In this document: positions 8,604 through 18,511 of the stretch, one piece after another
How the letters are laid out: each line of letters begins with the position of its first letter
Position numbering within the stretch: position 1 is the stretch's first letter
Sequence record: SRR20825019_641
Reading direction: 5' to 3' (one strand)
Length of the DNA stretch: 41,067 nucleotides
Translations under genes and position numbers: made by a program
Notes under the pieces: model-generated
What the model saw: the letters and a program-made list of their open reading frames with translations, nothing else
What the model was told of the DNA's origin: nothing
Database searches by the model: none

Positions 8604-10265
8604 TCAATATCCTGGAGGATGCAATTCATCAAAAGAGGTATTGTCCTGAAACGCCTTGGCCAACAGTAGAATACTTTCCTCATCGTACAAATTGCCGACA
8701 AACGTCATACTCGTAGGATGGTTTTTGTCATCCAAGCCGGTGGGAACCGCGATTACAGGATGCCCCGTAAGGTTGGTGGCCAAAAGTTGGTCGTTTCCAA
8801 AGGTGGGTGAAATCAAAACATCATAATTCTTCATCAGATCCTGCATTTTTTGGATGAGTACCTGTCGTTGCCTATTGGCCTGGATATACTCTACCGCGGG
8901 AATAAATCTACTTTGCCTTAGGGAATTGGCACGCGAACGTTGATCTTGTTCTACCATAATATCCACACCTCCCGAACGTACCAGCTCATCAAAAAAAGCA
9001 CCTGCTTCGGCCCTCAAAATAATATCAAACCCACGATATGGAACTGCTTCGGGCATCTCCACTGCTGTGGGCTCAATACCCATTTCTTTTAGGGATTTAA
9101 GTGCATTTCTAAGATTTTTTCCAGATTCCGTAGTATCTTTTTCAATATCTTTTTTCAAATAGGCGACCCGTAGGTTTTTGTAGTCTTTTTTCCAATCCAC
9201 GCCAAAAGTAAGGTCAACCGTGGTCAGGTCGTTTTCATCCTTTCCCTGAATGGCTTCAAAAACAATGGCACAGTCCTCCGCGTTTCGTCCCAATGGGCCG
9301 ACTTTGTCCATGGACCAGCTCAAGCTCATCACTCCATGTCTGCTTACTCTCCCGTAAGTGGGCCTAAGACCTGTGACACCATTTCGCGTACTGGGTGAAG
9401 TAATCGAGCCCAATGTTTCCGTTCCCAGAGCAAAAGGCACAAGACCTGCAGACGTAGCGGAACCCGATCCAGCAGAGGAACCACTGGCTCCTTGGGTGGT
9501 ATCCCATGGGTTTTTGGTCTTTCCATCGAACCATACATCACCTCGGGCCAATGCCCCAGAAACTAGTTTGGCCACTAAAATCGCACCCGCTTCCTCCAGT
9601 TTTTTAACAACGGTAGCCGTTTCGTTGATGAATTGGTCTTTGTACGGAGCAGCCCCCCAAGTGGTGGGGTAACCAGGAACCGCCATCAAATCTTTGGTGC
9701 CATAGGGAATTCCGTGCAGGATACCCCGATATTTCCCATTTTTGATTTCCTCATCGGCACGTTTTGCCTGTTCCAAAGCCAAGCTATCGGTGATGGAGAT
9801 ACTGCATTGCAGCGTAGGCTGATATTTTTTGAGTCGTGCCAAGAAAAATTTCGTGAGTTCCGTGGACGTAATTTTTTGGTTTTTGATGAGCGATGCCAGT
9901 TGGGGAATCGTATAAAAAGCCAACAAATCATAAGGTTCTGGTACTTCAACATTGTCCGGAATGTTCCACTCGGTTCCATTTTGTTGCTCGGGCATGGTAA
10001 ATCCAAAAGGAGTTGGGTCAAAGCGAATTGCAGGGAAAACATCATTTCCTATTGGGTATTTGCGCAGGGAATCAAAACCACTACGGTTTCGCTTTAAATA
10101 GGGATAGAGCGTATCAATTTTTTTGTTGGCAAAATGAAGTCCAATCAGTTTTTCCGACTTTTTTACATCTCTTTTTGTGAAAGAATTTTTGTTGGTGGAA
10201 CATGAGAGCCACATCAACGAAATAAGCAATAGAAAAAAATGGGGGATTCTGGTTTTTGGTAGCAT
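8604..10265 (-). CDS. Amidase-signature family enzyme, probable lipoprotein
   Basis: LHGIPYGTKDL (Lys), GASGSSAGS (cis-Ser) and GTETLGSI (nucleophile Ser) give the Lys-Ser-Ser triad; N-terminal lipobox-like WLSC. Confidence 0.88.
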   Translation of the reverse strand: MLPKTRIPHFFLLLISLMWLSCSTNKNSFTKRDVKKSEKLIGLHFANKKIDTLYPYLKRNRSGFDSLRKYPIGNDVFPAIRFDPTPFGFTMPEQQNGTEWNIPDNVEVPEPYDLLAFYTIPQLASLIKNQKITSTELTKFFLARLKKYQPTLQCSISITDSLALEQAKRADEEIKNGKYRGILHGIPYGTKDLMAVPGYPTTWGAAPYKDQFINETATVVKKLEEAGAILVAKLVSGALARGDVWFDGKTKNPWDTTQGASGSSAGSGSATSAGLVPFALGTETLGSITSPSTRNGVTGLRPTYGRVSRHGVMSLSWSMDKVGPLGRNAEDCAIVFEAIQGKDENDLTTVDLTFGVDWKKDYKNLRVAYLKKDIEKDTTESGKNLRNALKSLKEMGIEPTAVEMPEAVPYRGFDIILRAEAGAFFDELVRSGGVDIMVEQDQRSRANSLRQSRFIPAVEYIQANRQRQVLIQKMQDLMKNYDVLISPTFGNDQLLATNLTGHPVIAVPTGLDDKNHPTSMTFVGNLYDEESILLLAKAFQDNTSFDELHPPGY

Positions 10266-10437
10266 GTTGGTCGGTTATTTCAAATAGCAGCTTCTAAGCT
10301 ACATTTTTTCAAAAAAACGAACACAATAATCCAGCTCTTTTGTGCCCATCGGACATACTTTATTCGATTCCCCATAATTCAAGTTCTGATTTTTTTGAAA
10401 TTCGACAGCACAACTTCTTAATCTAACGTCAACACCG

Positions 10438-10445
10438 TATCTTTG
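10438..10445 (+). promoter_or_regulatory. Putative -7 promoter element for mrp-nifU
   Basis: TATCTTTG matches TAnnTTTG, 44 nt upstream of the mrp ATG. Confidence 0.55.
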
Positions 10446-10489
10446 TAGTTTAGAACCAGTTCAAACAGTTGGTTTAAAAAAATTGATCC

Positions 10490-11629
10490 ATGAAGTTGAA
10501 AAAAACAGATATTCTTAAGGCACTGGAAAAGATCTCCGCACCCGGTGAAGGCCAAAACTTGGTCGAGAGCGGTGCAGTGACCAATGTTCAAGTTTTCGGT
10601 GATGAGGTTGAAGTGGATGTGACCATCAAAAATCCAAGTCTTCAGGCAAAGAAGAAGACCGAAGTGGAAATTTTGAAATGCATCCATAGAGAGGTATACG
10701 AAAAAGCAAAAATAAAGGTCAACCTAAAGGTTGATGCTCCTGCACAGTCCAAGGTCAATCAAATCAAGGGAAATCCAATTCCCGGAATTCAAAATATCAT
10801 TGCCGTTGCGTCCGGTAAAGGAGGTGTGGGCAAATCCACGGTAACCGCCAATATCGCCGTCACCTTGGCCAAAATGGGCTTTAAAGTGGGATTGTTGGAT
10901 ACCGATATCTACGGGCCCTCCATGCCCATTATGTTTGATGTGGCCACGGAAAAACCTTTGTCCATTAATGTGGATGGCAAAGCCAAGATGAAGCCCATCG
11001 AAAACTATGGTGTAAAACTACTTTCTATAGGATTCTTTACCCAGCCCAATCAGGCCGTAATTTGGAGAGGGCCTATGGCGGCAAAGGCATTGAATCAAAT
11101 GATCTTTGATGCGCACTGGGGAGAATTGGACTTTTTGTTGTTGGATTTACCCCCGGGAACAGGTGATATCCACCTGAGCATCATGCAATCCCTGCCCGTA
11201 ACCGGTGCCGTAGTGGTGAGCACTCCACAGGAAATTGCACTGGCCGATGCCAGAAAAGGAGTGGCCATGTTCCAGCAAGAAGCTATTAGTGTGCCCGTAT
11301 TGGGAATCGTGGAGAATATGGCGTATTTTACACCTGCGGAACTGCCCGATCACAAATACCATATTTTTGGTGAGAACGGAGCAAAAAACCTGTCCGAGGA
11401 TTTGGGAGTCCCATTTTTGGGAGAGATTCCTTTGGTACAGAGCATCAGGGAGGCGGGCGATATAGGAAGACCAGCTGCTTTGCAAACGGCCACCCCTACC
11501 GAAGAGGCCTTTGAAGAGCTTACCAAAAATGTAGTCCAAGAATTGGTGAGGAGGAACACAGACCTTCCACCGACCGAGGCAATAAAAATAACAACCATGG
11601 CAGGTTGTTCCGCTGTTAAAAAGAAATGA
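10490..11629 (+). CDS. apbC: Mrp/ApbC/NBP35 Fe-S cluster carrier ATPase
   Basis: Deviant Walker A SGKGGVGKST, DTDIYGPS, IWRGPM, DLPPGTGD, GIVENMA; N-terminal DUF59-like domain. Confidence 0.92.
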   Translation: MKLKKTDILKALEKISAPGEGQNLVESGAVTNVQVFGDEVEVDVTIKNPSLQAKKKTEVEILKCIHREVYEKAKIKVNLKVDAPAQSKVNQIKGNPIPGIQNIIAVASGKGGVGKSTVTANIAVTLAKMGFKVGLLDTDIYGPSMPIMFDVATEKPLSINVDGKAKMKPIENYGVKLLSIGFFTQPNQAVIWRGPMAAKALNQMIFDAHWGELDFLLLDLPPGTGDIHLSIMQSLPVTGAVVVSTPQEIALADARKGVAMFQQEAISVPVLGIVENMAYFTPAELPDHKYHIFGENGAKNLSEDLGVPFLGEIPLVQSIREAGDIGRPAALQTATPTEEAFEELTKNVVQELVRRNTDLPPTEAIKITTMAGCSAVKKK

Positions 11630-11631
11630 GC

Positions 11632-11877
11632 ATGACAACAATGACATCAGAAGAAACAAGGAGCAATGTAGAAAAGGCGTTGGAAGAAATACGTCCATTT
11701 TTGCAGAGCGATGGAGGCGACATTACGTTGATTTCCATCGAGGACAATACCGTAAAGGTGCGTTTGGAAGGCAACTGTATCGGTTGCAGTGTAAACCAAA
11801 TGACATTGAAAAGCGGTGTGGAAATGACCATCAAAAAATATGCGCCTCAAATCGAAGAGGTCATCAATATCTCCTAA
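11632..11877 (+). CDS. NifU C-terminal domain (NfuA-like) Fe-S carrier protein
   Basis: IRPFLQSDGGDI...LEGNCIGC CxxC motif; start ambiguous among ATGs at 11626, 11632 and 11641. Confidence 0.9.
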   Translation: MTTMTSEETRSNVEKALEEIRPFLQSDGGDITLISIEDNTVKVRLEGNCIGCSVNQMTLKSGVEMTIKKYAPQIEEVINIS

Positions 11878-11940
11878 TTGATAAAAATCATGAATCTTTT
11901 TTTGTGCATGCAGTAAGTTGCAGGCCAAAACCTCTAATAT

Positions 11941-12999
11941 ATGATCAAAACAGATATTCTGATAATAGGAGCGGGACCTACGGGTCTCTTTGCTGTTTTT
12001 GAAGCAGGCCTGTTGCAACTCAAATGTCATTTAATAGACGCATTGCCACAAGCAGGTGGTCAATGTTCCGAAATATATCCAAAAAAACCCATTTACGATA
12101 TTCCTGGGTTCCCAGAAGTATTGGCTGGTGATTTAGTAGATAACCTTATGGAACAAATCAAACCGTTCCAGCCCGGTTTTACGTTGGGTGAACGTGCCGA
12201 GACCATCGAAAAATTGGAGGATGGTTCCTTTATTGTCACCACGAACAAAGGCACCAAACACCATGCGCCCGTTGTGGCCATTGCTGGCGGTTTGGGCAGT
12301 TTTGAGCCCAGAAAGCCTTTGTTGGAAAATCTGGAAAAGTACGAGGATAACGGTGTGGCCTACATGATCAAGGAACCTGAAATCTACCGAAATAAAAAAG
12401 TGTTGATTGCTGGCGGAGGTGATTCTGCGTTGGACTGGTCCATCTTTTTGGCCGATATTGCCAAGGAAGTAACCTTGGTACACCGTAGGAACGAATTCAG
12501 GGGCGCTTTGGATTCGGTTGAAAAAGTACAGCAACTCAAGAATGAGGGTAAAATCAATTTGATTACACCCGCAGAGGTTGTTGCGCTCAAAGGTGAAAAT
12601 CGGTTGGAGAAAGTGACTGTTAAGGATACTTCTACTTCCGAAGAAACCGATGTGGAGGTGGATGACTTTATTCCATTGTTCGGATTGTCGCCTAAGCTGG
12701 GCCCGATTTCGAATTGGGGACTCGAAATAGAGAAAAATGCCATCAAGGTGGACAATACTTACGATTATCAGACCAATATTCCTGGAATTTATGCTATAGG
12801 GGATGTAAACACCTATCCGGGAAAACTAAAATTGATACTTTGTGGGTTCCATGAAGCTACTTTGATGTGCCAAAGCGCCTATCAAAGAATCAATCCAGAT
12901 AAAAAATATGTGATGAAGTATACCACCGTAGGCGGCGTTACAGGATTTGACGGAAGTAAAAAAGAAGCACCAAAAGCTGTTGTTAAGGCAATCGACTAA
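11941..12999 (+). CDS. Ferredoxin-NADP+ reductase, thioredoxin-reductase-like (YumC/type 2)
   Basis: IIGAGPTG FAD motif, GGQC...YPKKPIYDIPGFP, GGGDSALDW, HRR, YAIGD; lacks the TrxR CxxC. Confidence 0.88.
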   Translation: MIKTDILIIGAGPTGLFAVFEAGLLQLKCHLIDALPQAGGQCSEIYPKKPIYDIPGFPEVLAGDLVDNLMEQIKPFQPGFTLGERAETIEKLEDGSFIVTTNKGTKHHAPVVAIAGGLGSFEPRKPLLENLEKYEDNGVAYMIKEPEIYRNKKVLIAGGGDSALDWSIFLADIAKEVTLVHRRNEFRGALDSVEKVQQLKNEGKINLITPAEVVALKGENRLEKVTVKDTSTSEETDVEVDDFIPLFGLSPKLGPISNWGLEIEKNAIKVDNTYDYQTNIPGIYAIGDVNTYPGKLKLILCGFHEATLMCQSAYQRINPDKKYVMKYTTVGGVTGFDGSKKEAPKAVVKAID

Positions 13000-13051
13000 G
13001 AATAAAACAAACAATTAATCGTTAGGAAGCTTGATTCAGCTTCAAATAGGT

Positions 13052-13384
13052 ATGAGCGATATTAAAATAAAAATTATAGACCGTGAAGGTGTTTCGCACG
13101 AAGTGGATGCACCAACAGATATGAACATGAACTTGATGGAAGTAGTACGTTCCTACGAACTTGCTCCAGAAGGAACTATAGGTATTTGTGGTGGAATGGC
13201 CATGTGTGCGTCTTGTCAATGCTATGTGCAATCCGATCATGAACTTCCTGAAATGTCCGATGACGAAGAAGCTATGCTTTCGGAGGCATTTAATGTGAAA
13301 GACAATAGCCGTTTGGGTTGTCAGCTCCATATCACCGAAGATTTGGACGGTCTACAAGTAGAATTGGCTCCAGAAGAAGCTTAA
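13052..13384 (+). CDS. [2Fe-2S] ferredoxin (adrenodoxin/ISC type)
   Basis: CGGMAMCASC ... SRLGCQ (C-x5-C-x2-C...C); ATG at 13052 preferred over TTG at 13031. Confidence 0.92.
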   Translation: MSDIKIKIIDREGVSHEVDAPTDMNMNLMEVVRSYELAPEGTIGICGGMAMCASCQCYVQSDHELPEMSDDEEAMLSEAFNVKDNSRLGCQLHITEDLDGLQVELAPEEA

Positions 13385-15117
13385 ATCCTGGCTTGATAGG
13401 TAAACAGGTTAAAATATCTTCCTTCGGAAGCAATCAATTGTTCGTGGGTGCCCTGTTCCAAAATGTGCCCGTTTTCAATAACTAGAATCTGGTCCGCTTT
13501 GCGGATAGTGCTCAATCGGTGCGCAATCACAAAAGTGGTCCTGCCTTTGGTGAGCTCTCCCAAACTTTTTTGGATAAGTGCTTCGGATTCAGTGTCCAAA
13601 CTGGAGGTGGCTTCGTCCAAAATCAAGATTTTTGGGTCTGCTAAAATAGCTCGTGCAATGGCAATCCGTTGACGCTGACCTCCAGAGAGCTTAACACCTC
13701 GTTCCCCGATCAGGGTATCTAGCCCTTTATCAAAACGGTCCGTGAACTCATCCACATAAGCCGCCTTTACCGCTTCCAATAACTTTTCTTCACTGGCATT
13801 GGGTCTTGGGAAAAGAATATTTTCTCTTATGGTGCCCTCAAACAAAAAGTCATCTTGAAGCACGACCCCAAGATGCCTTCGGAAGCTTTTAAGATTCACC
13901 TTAGACAGATCCTGGCCATCTATTGTGATGGTTCCCGAATCAGGATTTAGAAAACTTGCCGCCAATCCTGCAATGGTGGATTTTCCAGAACCGGAACTGC
14001 CCACTAGGGCCACAACTTGCCCAGGGTCCACATCAAAGCTAATATGGTGCAACACTTCCTTGTCTTCTTCATAGGAGAAACTGACATCCGAAAATGACAT
14101 CCGCCCCAGAATTCCATCCAATTCAACCGTACGGTTTTCCTCATCGGATTCCTCTTCAAGGTTCATCAATTCTTCGGTACGGTCCAGACCTGCCAAAGCT
14201 TCGGTCAATTGACTTCCCACGCTGCTCATTTGCACAATGGGCGCGATCATAAGCCCCAATAGCACCGTAAACTGAACGAATTCACCCAAGGTAAGGGTAT
14301 CATGAATAATCTTATAGCCACCAAAACCCATAACGCTGGTGGTTGCCACGCCCAGCAAAAAGGTGGAGGAGCTCGTCATAAAAGCTGTCGTCGTCAAACT
14401 CTTTCTTACATTTTGATAGAGACGTTCCACGCCGACTTCAAAAACTTCCTCCTCTTGTTTTTCGGCATTGAAACCTTTGATCACCCGTATGCCGCCCAAG
14501 GTTTCCGTTAACCGTCCTTTTACCTCGGCGTTTATCTTGCCCCGATTCCTAAAAATAGGTCGGATGATCTTAAAGGCCTTTAGCGCGATAATGGCAAAAA
14601 TGGTCAGCGGAATGAAAGTAAAAAGCGTCATAAAAACGCTGATTTCCATGAGAAGAATCAAAGAAACAACAGCCGTTATGATACCGCCCACCAATTGCAC
14701 CAGACCCGTTCCGATGAGGTTTCGGACCCCCTCAACATCCGACATGATTCGGGATACCAAGGCTCCCGATTTGGCATTGTCGAAAAAACGGACGGGCAAA
14801 GCCAGTACCTTTTTTTGAACCTGTGCCCTTAGTTCCGAAATGAGATATTGCGCCTGTACGCTCAGAATTTTGGTCAGCAGAAAAGAAGTAACGGCTTGCA
14901 CCAGTATGGCCAGCATAACCCCTGCGACCAGATACTTGAGCATGGTCACGTCTTTTTTTACGATCACATCATCGATTAGATATTTGGATGCTATCGGCGC
15001 TACAAAACTTGCCGCTTTGCTGATGGCAATCAAAAGTAGACCAAGAAAAACGAGTTTGCGCTTCGGCCAAATTATGGTTTTGAACGCGGTAAGGATGCTT
15101 ACTTTTTTATCGGGCAT
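13381..15117 (-). CDS. ABC exporter, fused permease/ATP-binding (MsbA/MdlB-like)
   Basis: N-terminal TMD; Walker A GSSGSGKST, signature LSGGQ, Walker B ILILDEATSSLD, switch AHRLST. Confidence 0.93.
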   Translation of the reverse strand: MPDKKVSILTAFKTIIWPKRKLVFLGLLLIAISKAASFVAPIASKYLIDDVIVKKDVTMLKYLVAGVMLAILVQAVTSFLLTKILSVQAQYLISELRAQVQKKVLALPVRFFDNAKSGALVSRIMSDVEGVRNLIGTGLVQLVGGIITAVVSLILLMEISVFMTLFTFIPLTIFAIIALKAFKIIRPIFRNRGKINAEVKGRLTETLGGIRVIKGFNAEKQEEEVFEVGVERLYQNVRKSLTTTAFMTSSSTFLLGVATTSVMGFGGYKIIHDTLTLGEFVQFTVLLGLMIAPIVQMSSVGSQLTEALAGLDRTEELMNLEEESDEENRTVELDGILGRMSFSDVSFSYEEDKEVLHHISFDVDPGQVVALVGSSGSGKSTIAGLAASFLNPDSGTITIDGQDLSKVNLKSFRRHLGVVLQDDFLFEGTIRENILFPRPNASEEKLLEAVKAAYVDEFTDRFDKGLDTLIGERGVKLSGGQRQRIAIARAILADPKILILDEATSSLDTESEALIQKSLGELTKGRTTFVIAHRLSTIRKADQILVIENGHILEQGTHEQLIASEGRYFNLFTYQARI

Positions 15118-15236
15118 ATCAAAATATAGAAAGAGACCGCAAGTTACGGCAAATTAAAAGGATGCCGAACAGATTAGCTTTTGTTCATGAAAAGATTACA
15201 AACACTATATTTAGGAGCTATAATACTAAAATAGAC

Positions 15237-16277
15237 ATGTTAAAGGCGAACTGGTTCGGTTTTTTGTTCTTGATGTTCTCGTTGTGTGCTGCACAAGAGG
15301 AGTATGCTAGGTTATCTGAAATTGTTGTGGACGATGCCCAAATTTTTACCCAAGCACAGCTGGATGGGCTTCGGGACAAACTGTACCGATTTGAATCGGA
15401 GACCAGCAATCAACTGGTGGTTTTGACCATTGATAACCTGAGGGGCGAGACCATTGAGCAATATGCCTTGGAAGTATTCAATGAAAACAGACTTGGCCAA
15501 GAGGGTAAGGACAATGGGATTTTGATTTTGTTTTCCAAACTCGATAGAGAGGTACGAATTGAGGTGGGCTATGGATTGGAATCCTATATAACCGATGCTG
15601 TTGCTTCTAGAATCATTCGAAATACCATGATCCCAAGGTTCAAGGATGAAGATTACTTTGAAGGGATAGATCTTGCTACAGACCAGATCATTGAATTTTT
15701 GAACGACCCTGAAGCTTTGGAAGAGTTCAAAGCAGATATAGATGCTGAAGCCGATATGCCTTGGTGGTTATATATAATTATAGGCTTGTTTTTGATGATG
15801 TTCGTTGCAGCTGGAGGATTCGTTTTTTATAAGGGCTATTCCACACTTATTGAAATAATACGAGGCATTTTCATTGGAAAACTGGCAGTGGTACGAGGGG
15901 TGTTTATGGGAGTTTTTATGATGTTTCCCTTAATTTTTGGATTGGTTTTTATAGGTATGCCGTTGTTTTTTATGGCCATGTTGTTCGGTTTTGATGATGT
16001 ATTGAATGCACTTGCTAAAGATTTTACTTGGGTATTATTGGTCATTGCCGCATTTATAGGAGTCACCATACTCTTGGCTATCCTAAGAATCAGGAAGAAA
16101 GGAGATAAGGGTTTTAAACTGTCGCTTTTTAAATCCGATAAGGCTTACATGAAAAAAACTTTCTCCTCTTCGGGCACCCACTCTTTTGGTTCAAGCTCAA
16201 GTTCTGGTAGTAGCTCCAGTAGTTTTTCCGGTGGCGGTGGAAGTTCTGGTGGTGGTGGAGCAAGTGGAAGTTGGTAA
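15237..16277 (+). CDS. TPM (YgcG-like) domain membrane protein with Gly/Ser-rich C-terminal tail
   Basis: DNGILIL...REVRIEVGYGLE TPM motif, several TM helices, terminal FSGGGGSSGGGGASGSW; ATG at 15237 gives a signal peptide. Confidence 0.88.
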   Translation: MLKANWFGFLFLMFSLCAAQEEYARLSEIVVDDAQIFTQAQLDGLRDKLYRFESETSNQLVVLTIDNLRGETIEQYALEVFNENRLGQEGKDNGILILFSKLDREVRIEVGYGLESYITDAVASRIIRNTMIPRFKDEDYFEGIDLATDQIIEFLNDPEALEEFKADIDAEADMPWWLYIIIGLFLMMFVAAGGFVFYKGYSTLIEIIRGIFIGKLAVVRGVFMGVFMMFPLIFGLVFIGMPLFFMAMLFGFDDVLNALAKDFTWVLLVIAAFIGVTILLAILRIRKKGDKGFKLSLFKSDKAYMKKTFSSSGTHSFGSSSSSGSSSSSFSGGGGSSGGGGASGSW

Positions 16278-16328
16278 TTGTTGCCGATTTCCCGTATTTT
16301 CACACAAACTAACTAAACCAACCCCGAG

Positions 16329-18503
16329 ATGAGAATTATTGTCCTTGCAGCACTTTTTTTAGTTGTTTCCTGTTCTGAAAAGCACAAAACGGAGGTGGAA
16401 CAATGGGAAGCACAAGCTGAAAACATTACCATAATCCGGGACAATTTTGGGGTTCCCCATATTTATGGGAAAACAGATGCCGATGCCGTTTTTGGTTTGC
16501 TATATGCCCAGTGTGAGGATGATTTTAACCGTGTGGAACAAAACTACATTTGGGCCACGGGACGTTTGGCCGAAGTGGAAGGCGAGAATGCCTTGTACAG
16601 CGATCTTCGTGCAAAGCTTTTTATGACGGAAGAGGAGGCCAAGGCCAACTACGAGAATAGCCCTGAGTGGTTAAAGGAACTTTGTGATGCCTTTGCGGAT
16701 GGAATCAATTATTACTTGCATACCCATCCCGAAGTAGAACCCAAATTATTGACCCGTTTTGAACCTTGGATGCCCATGTATTTTAGTGAGGGTTCCATCG
16801 GCGGCGATATTGAGCGCATATCTACTAGAAAAATCAAAAGTTTTTATGAAAGTGGAATGGAATTGCCCGAAATGGAAGCGCTTCAAATCAAAAAAGAGGA
16901 GGAAATGGCAGAGCCACAAGGTTCCAATGGAATTGCCATTTCTGGAGACTTGACAGAATCTGGCAATGCGATGCTTTTAATCAATCCACATACGTCATTT
17001 TACTTTAGGGGCGAAGTGCACGTCGTAAGCGAGGAAGGGTTGAATGCATACGGCGCTGTTACCTGGGGGCAATTTTTTGTGTACCAAGGATTCAATGAGA
17101 GAACGGGGTGGATGCATACATCCACTTATACCGATGTGATGGATGAGTTCAAGGAAACCATCATAAAAAATGATGGGAAACTATTTTATCAATATGGTGA
17201 GGAACTACGACCAGTGGATTCCAGTTCGGTTACCTTAAAATATAAGGATGGGGAAAGTATGAAGGAGAAAACATTCCCAATGTACCGCACCCATCACGGA
17301 CCCATTACCCATCAAGTGGATGACCAATGGACGGCTTCTGCCATGATGTGGGAACCTGTAAAGGCCTTGGAACAATCCTATATCCGCACCAAGCAAGATG
17401 GTTATGATGGTTTTCGAAAAATGATGGATATCCGGACAAATTCGTCCAATAATACCGTTTATGCTGATGCCGAAGGGAACATTGCGTATTTCCACGGCAA
17501 TTTTGTACCAAAACGCGATACCATTTTTGATTATACCCAACCTGTTGATGGTAGCAATCCCAAAACGGATTGGCAAGGATTGCATACTGTGGATGAAAAT
17601 ATTTTGGTATTAAATCCAGAAAACGGTTGGATTCAAAACTGTAACTCCACTCCCTACACTTCTGCACTTGAGTTCAGCCCAAAACATGAGGATTACCCCA
17701 ATTATATGTCCAGAGACCAAGAAAATTTTAGGGGTATTCATGCCATTGGGTTGTTGACCGGTCGAAGTGGTTATACCTTGGATGGACTTATCGAACTGGC
17801 CCATGACCCTTATTTGCCCGCTTTTGAGGCGTTGATTCCTGGGTTGGTAAAAGCCTACAATGAGAATGCAAAAGCATACCCGGAACTGCAAGAACCGATT
17901 GAAGTGCTCAGGGAATGGGATTTTACCACATCAAAAGAATCCATTGCCATGACTTTGGCGCATTACTACGGTACACTTTGTTATTCTAAGGCAGAAAGGC
18001 CCGAAGGCATGTATTCCATGCAATGGGTAGAATATTGGGGCGGTGATTGGCCCGATGCTCAAAAATTGGATATGTTTCAGGAAACGTTGACCAAGCTTCA
18101 AAATGATTTTGGTACATGGAAAATGCCATGGGGCGAGGTCAACCGTTATCAGCGTTTGAATGGAGACATCCGTCAACCTTTTGATGACGACAAACCCAGT
18201 ATTCCCATTGGTTTTGCCAGTGGTACATGGGGAGCCTTGGCCGCATACGGTGCTAGATATGACAACAATACCAAAAAAATCTACGGTACAAGAGGAAACA
18301 GTTTTGTTGCGGTCGTAGAGTTTGGAGATAAGGTAAAAGCGAAAACCATATTGGCAGGAGGTCAGAGTGGGGACCCAGAGTCGCCCCATTTTGATAATCA
18401 GGCCCAACGCTACGCCGACAAGGATTTTAAAGATGCTGCTTACTATAAAGAGGATGTGCTAAAACGTGCGGAAGCAACCTACTCGCCGGGAGAGAAGTAT
18501 TGA
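16329..18503 (+). CDS. Penicillin acylase family (Ntn hydrolase) lipoprotein
   Basis: Lipobox VVSC; IIRDNFGVPHIYG; beta-chain start G/SNGIAI (Ser codon at 16923); LINPH; WIQNCN; GGQSGDPESPHF. Confidence 0.9.
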   Translation: MRIIVLAALFLVVSCSEKHKTEVEQWEAQAENITIIRDNFGVPHIYGKTDADAVFGLLYAQCEDDFNRVEQNYIWATGRLAEVEGENALYSDLRAKLFMTEEEAKANYENSPEWLKELCDAFADGINYYLHTHPEVEPKLLTRFEPWMPMYFSEGSIGGDIERISTRKIKSFYESGMELPEMEALQIKKEEEMAEPQGSNGIAISGDLTESGNAMLLINPHTSFYFRGEVHVVSEEGLNAYGAVTWGQFFVYQGFNERTGWMHTSTYTDVMDEFKETIIKNDGKLFYQYGEELRPVDSSSVTLKYKDGESMKEKTFPMYRTHHGPITHQVDDQWTASAMMWEPVKALEQSYIRTKQDGYDGFRKMMDIRTNSSNNTVYADAEGNIAYFHGNFVPKRDTIFDYTQPVDGSNPKTDWQGLHTVDENILVLNPENGWIQNCNSTPYTSALEFSPKHEDYPNYMSRDQENFRGIHAIGLLTGRSGYTLDGLIELAHDPYLPAFEALIPGLVKAYNENAKAYPELQEPIEVLREWDFTTSKESIAMTLAHYYGTLCYSKAERPEGMYSMQWVEYWGGDWPDAQKLDMFQETLTKLQNDFGTWKMPWGEVNRYQRLNGDIRQPFDDDKPSIPIGFASGTWGALAAYGARYDNNTKKIYGTRGNSFVAVVEFGDKVKAKTILAGGQSGDPESPHFDNQAQRYADKDFKDAAYYKEDVLKRAEATYSPGEKY

Positions 18504-18511
18504 GGAAAAAT

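Noticed and set aside
8604-10265. gatA (Glu-tRNA amidotransferase subunit A)
   Set aside because: Has a signal peptide/lipobox and no gatB or gatC nearby; a generic amidase-signature enzyme.
10266-10489. Longest intergenic region as a possible ncRNA or tRNA
   Set aside because: AT-rich divergent promoter region; no cloverleaf or stable stem seen by eye.
11941-12999. Thioredoxin reductase trxB
   Set aside because: No redox CxxC; has FNR-type motifs and an adjacent ferredoxin.
16160-16277. Low-complexity repeat resembling a tandem repeat or array
   Set aside because: Simply encodes the Ser/Gly-rich tail typical of TPM proteins.
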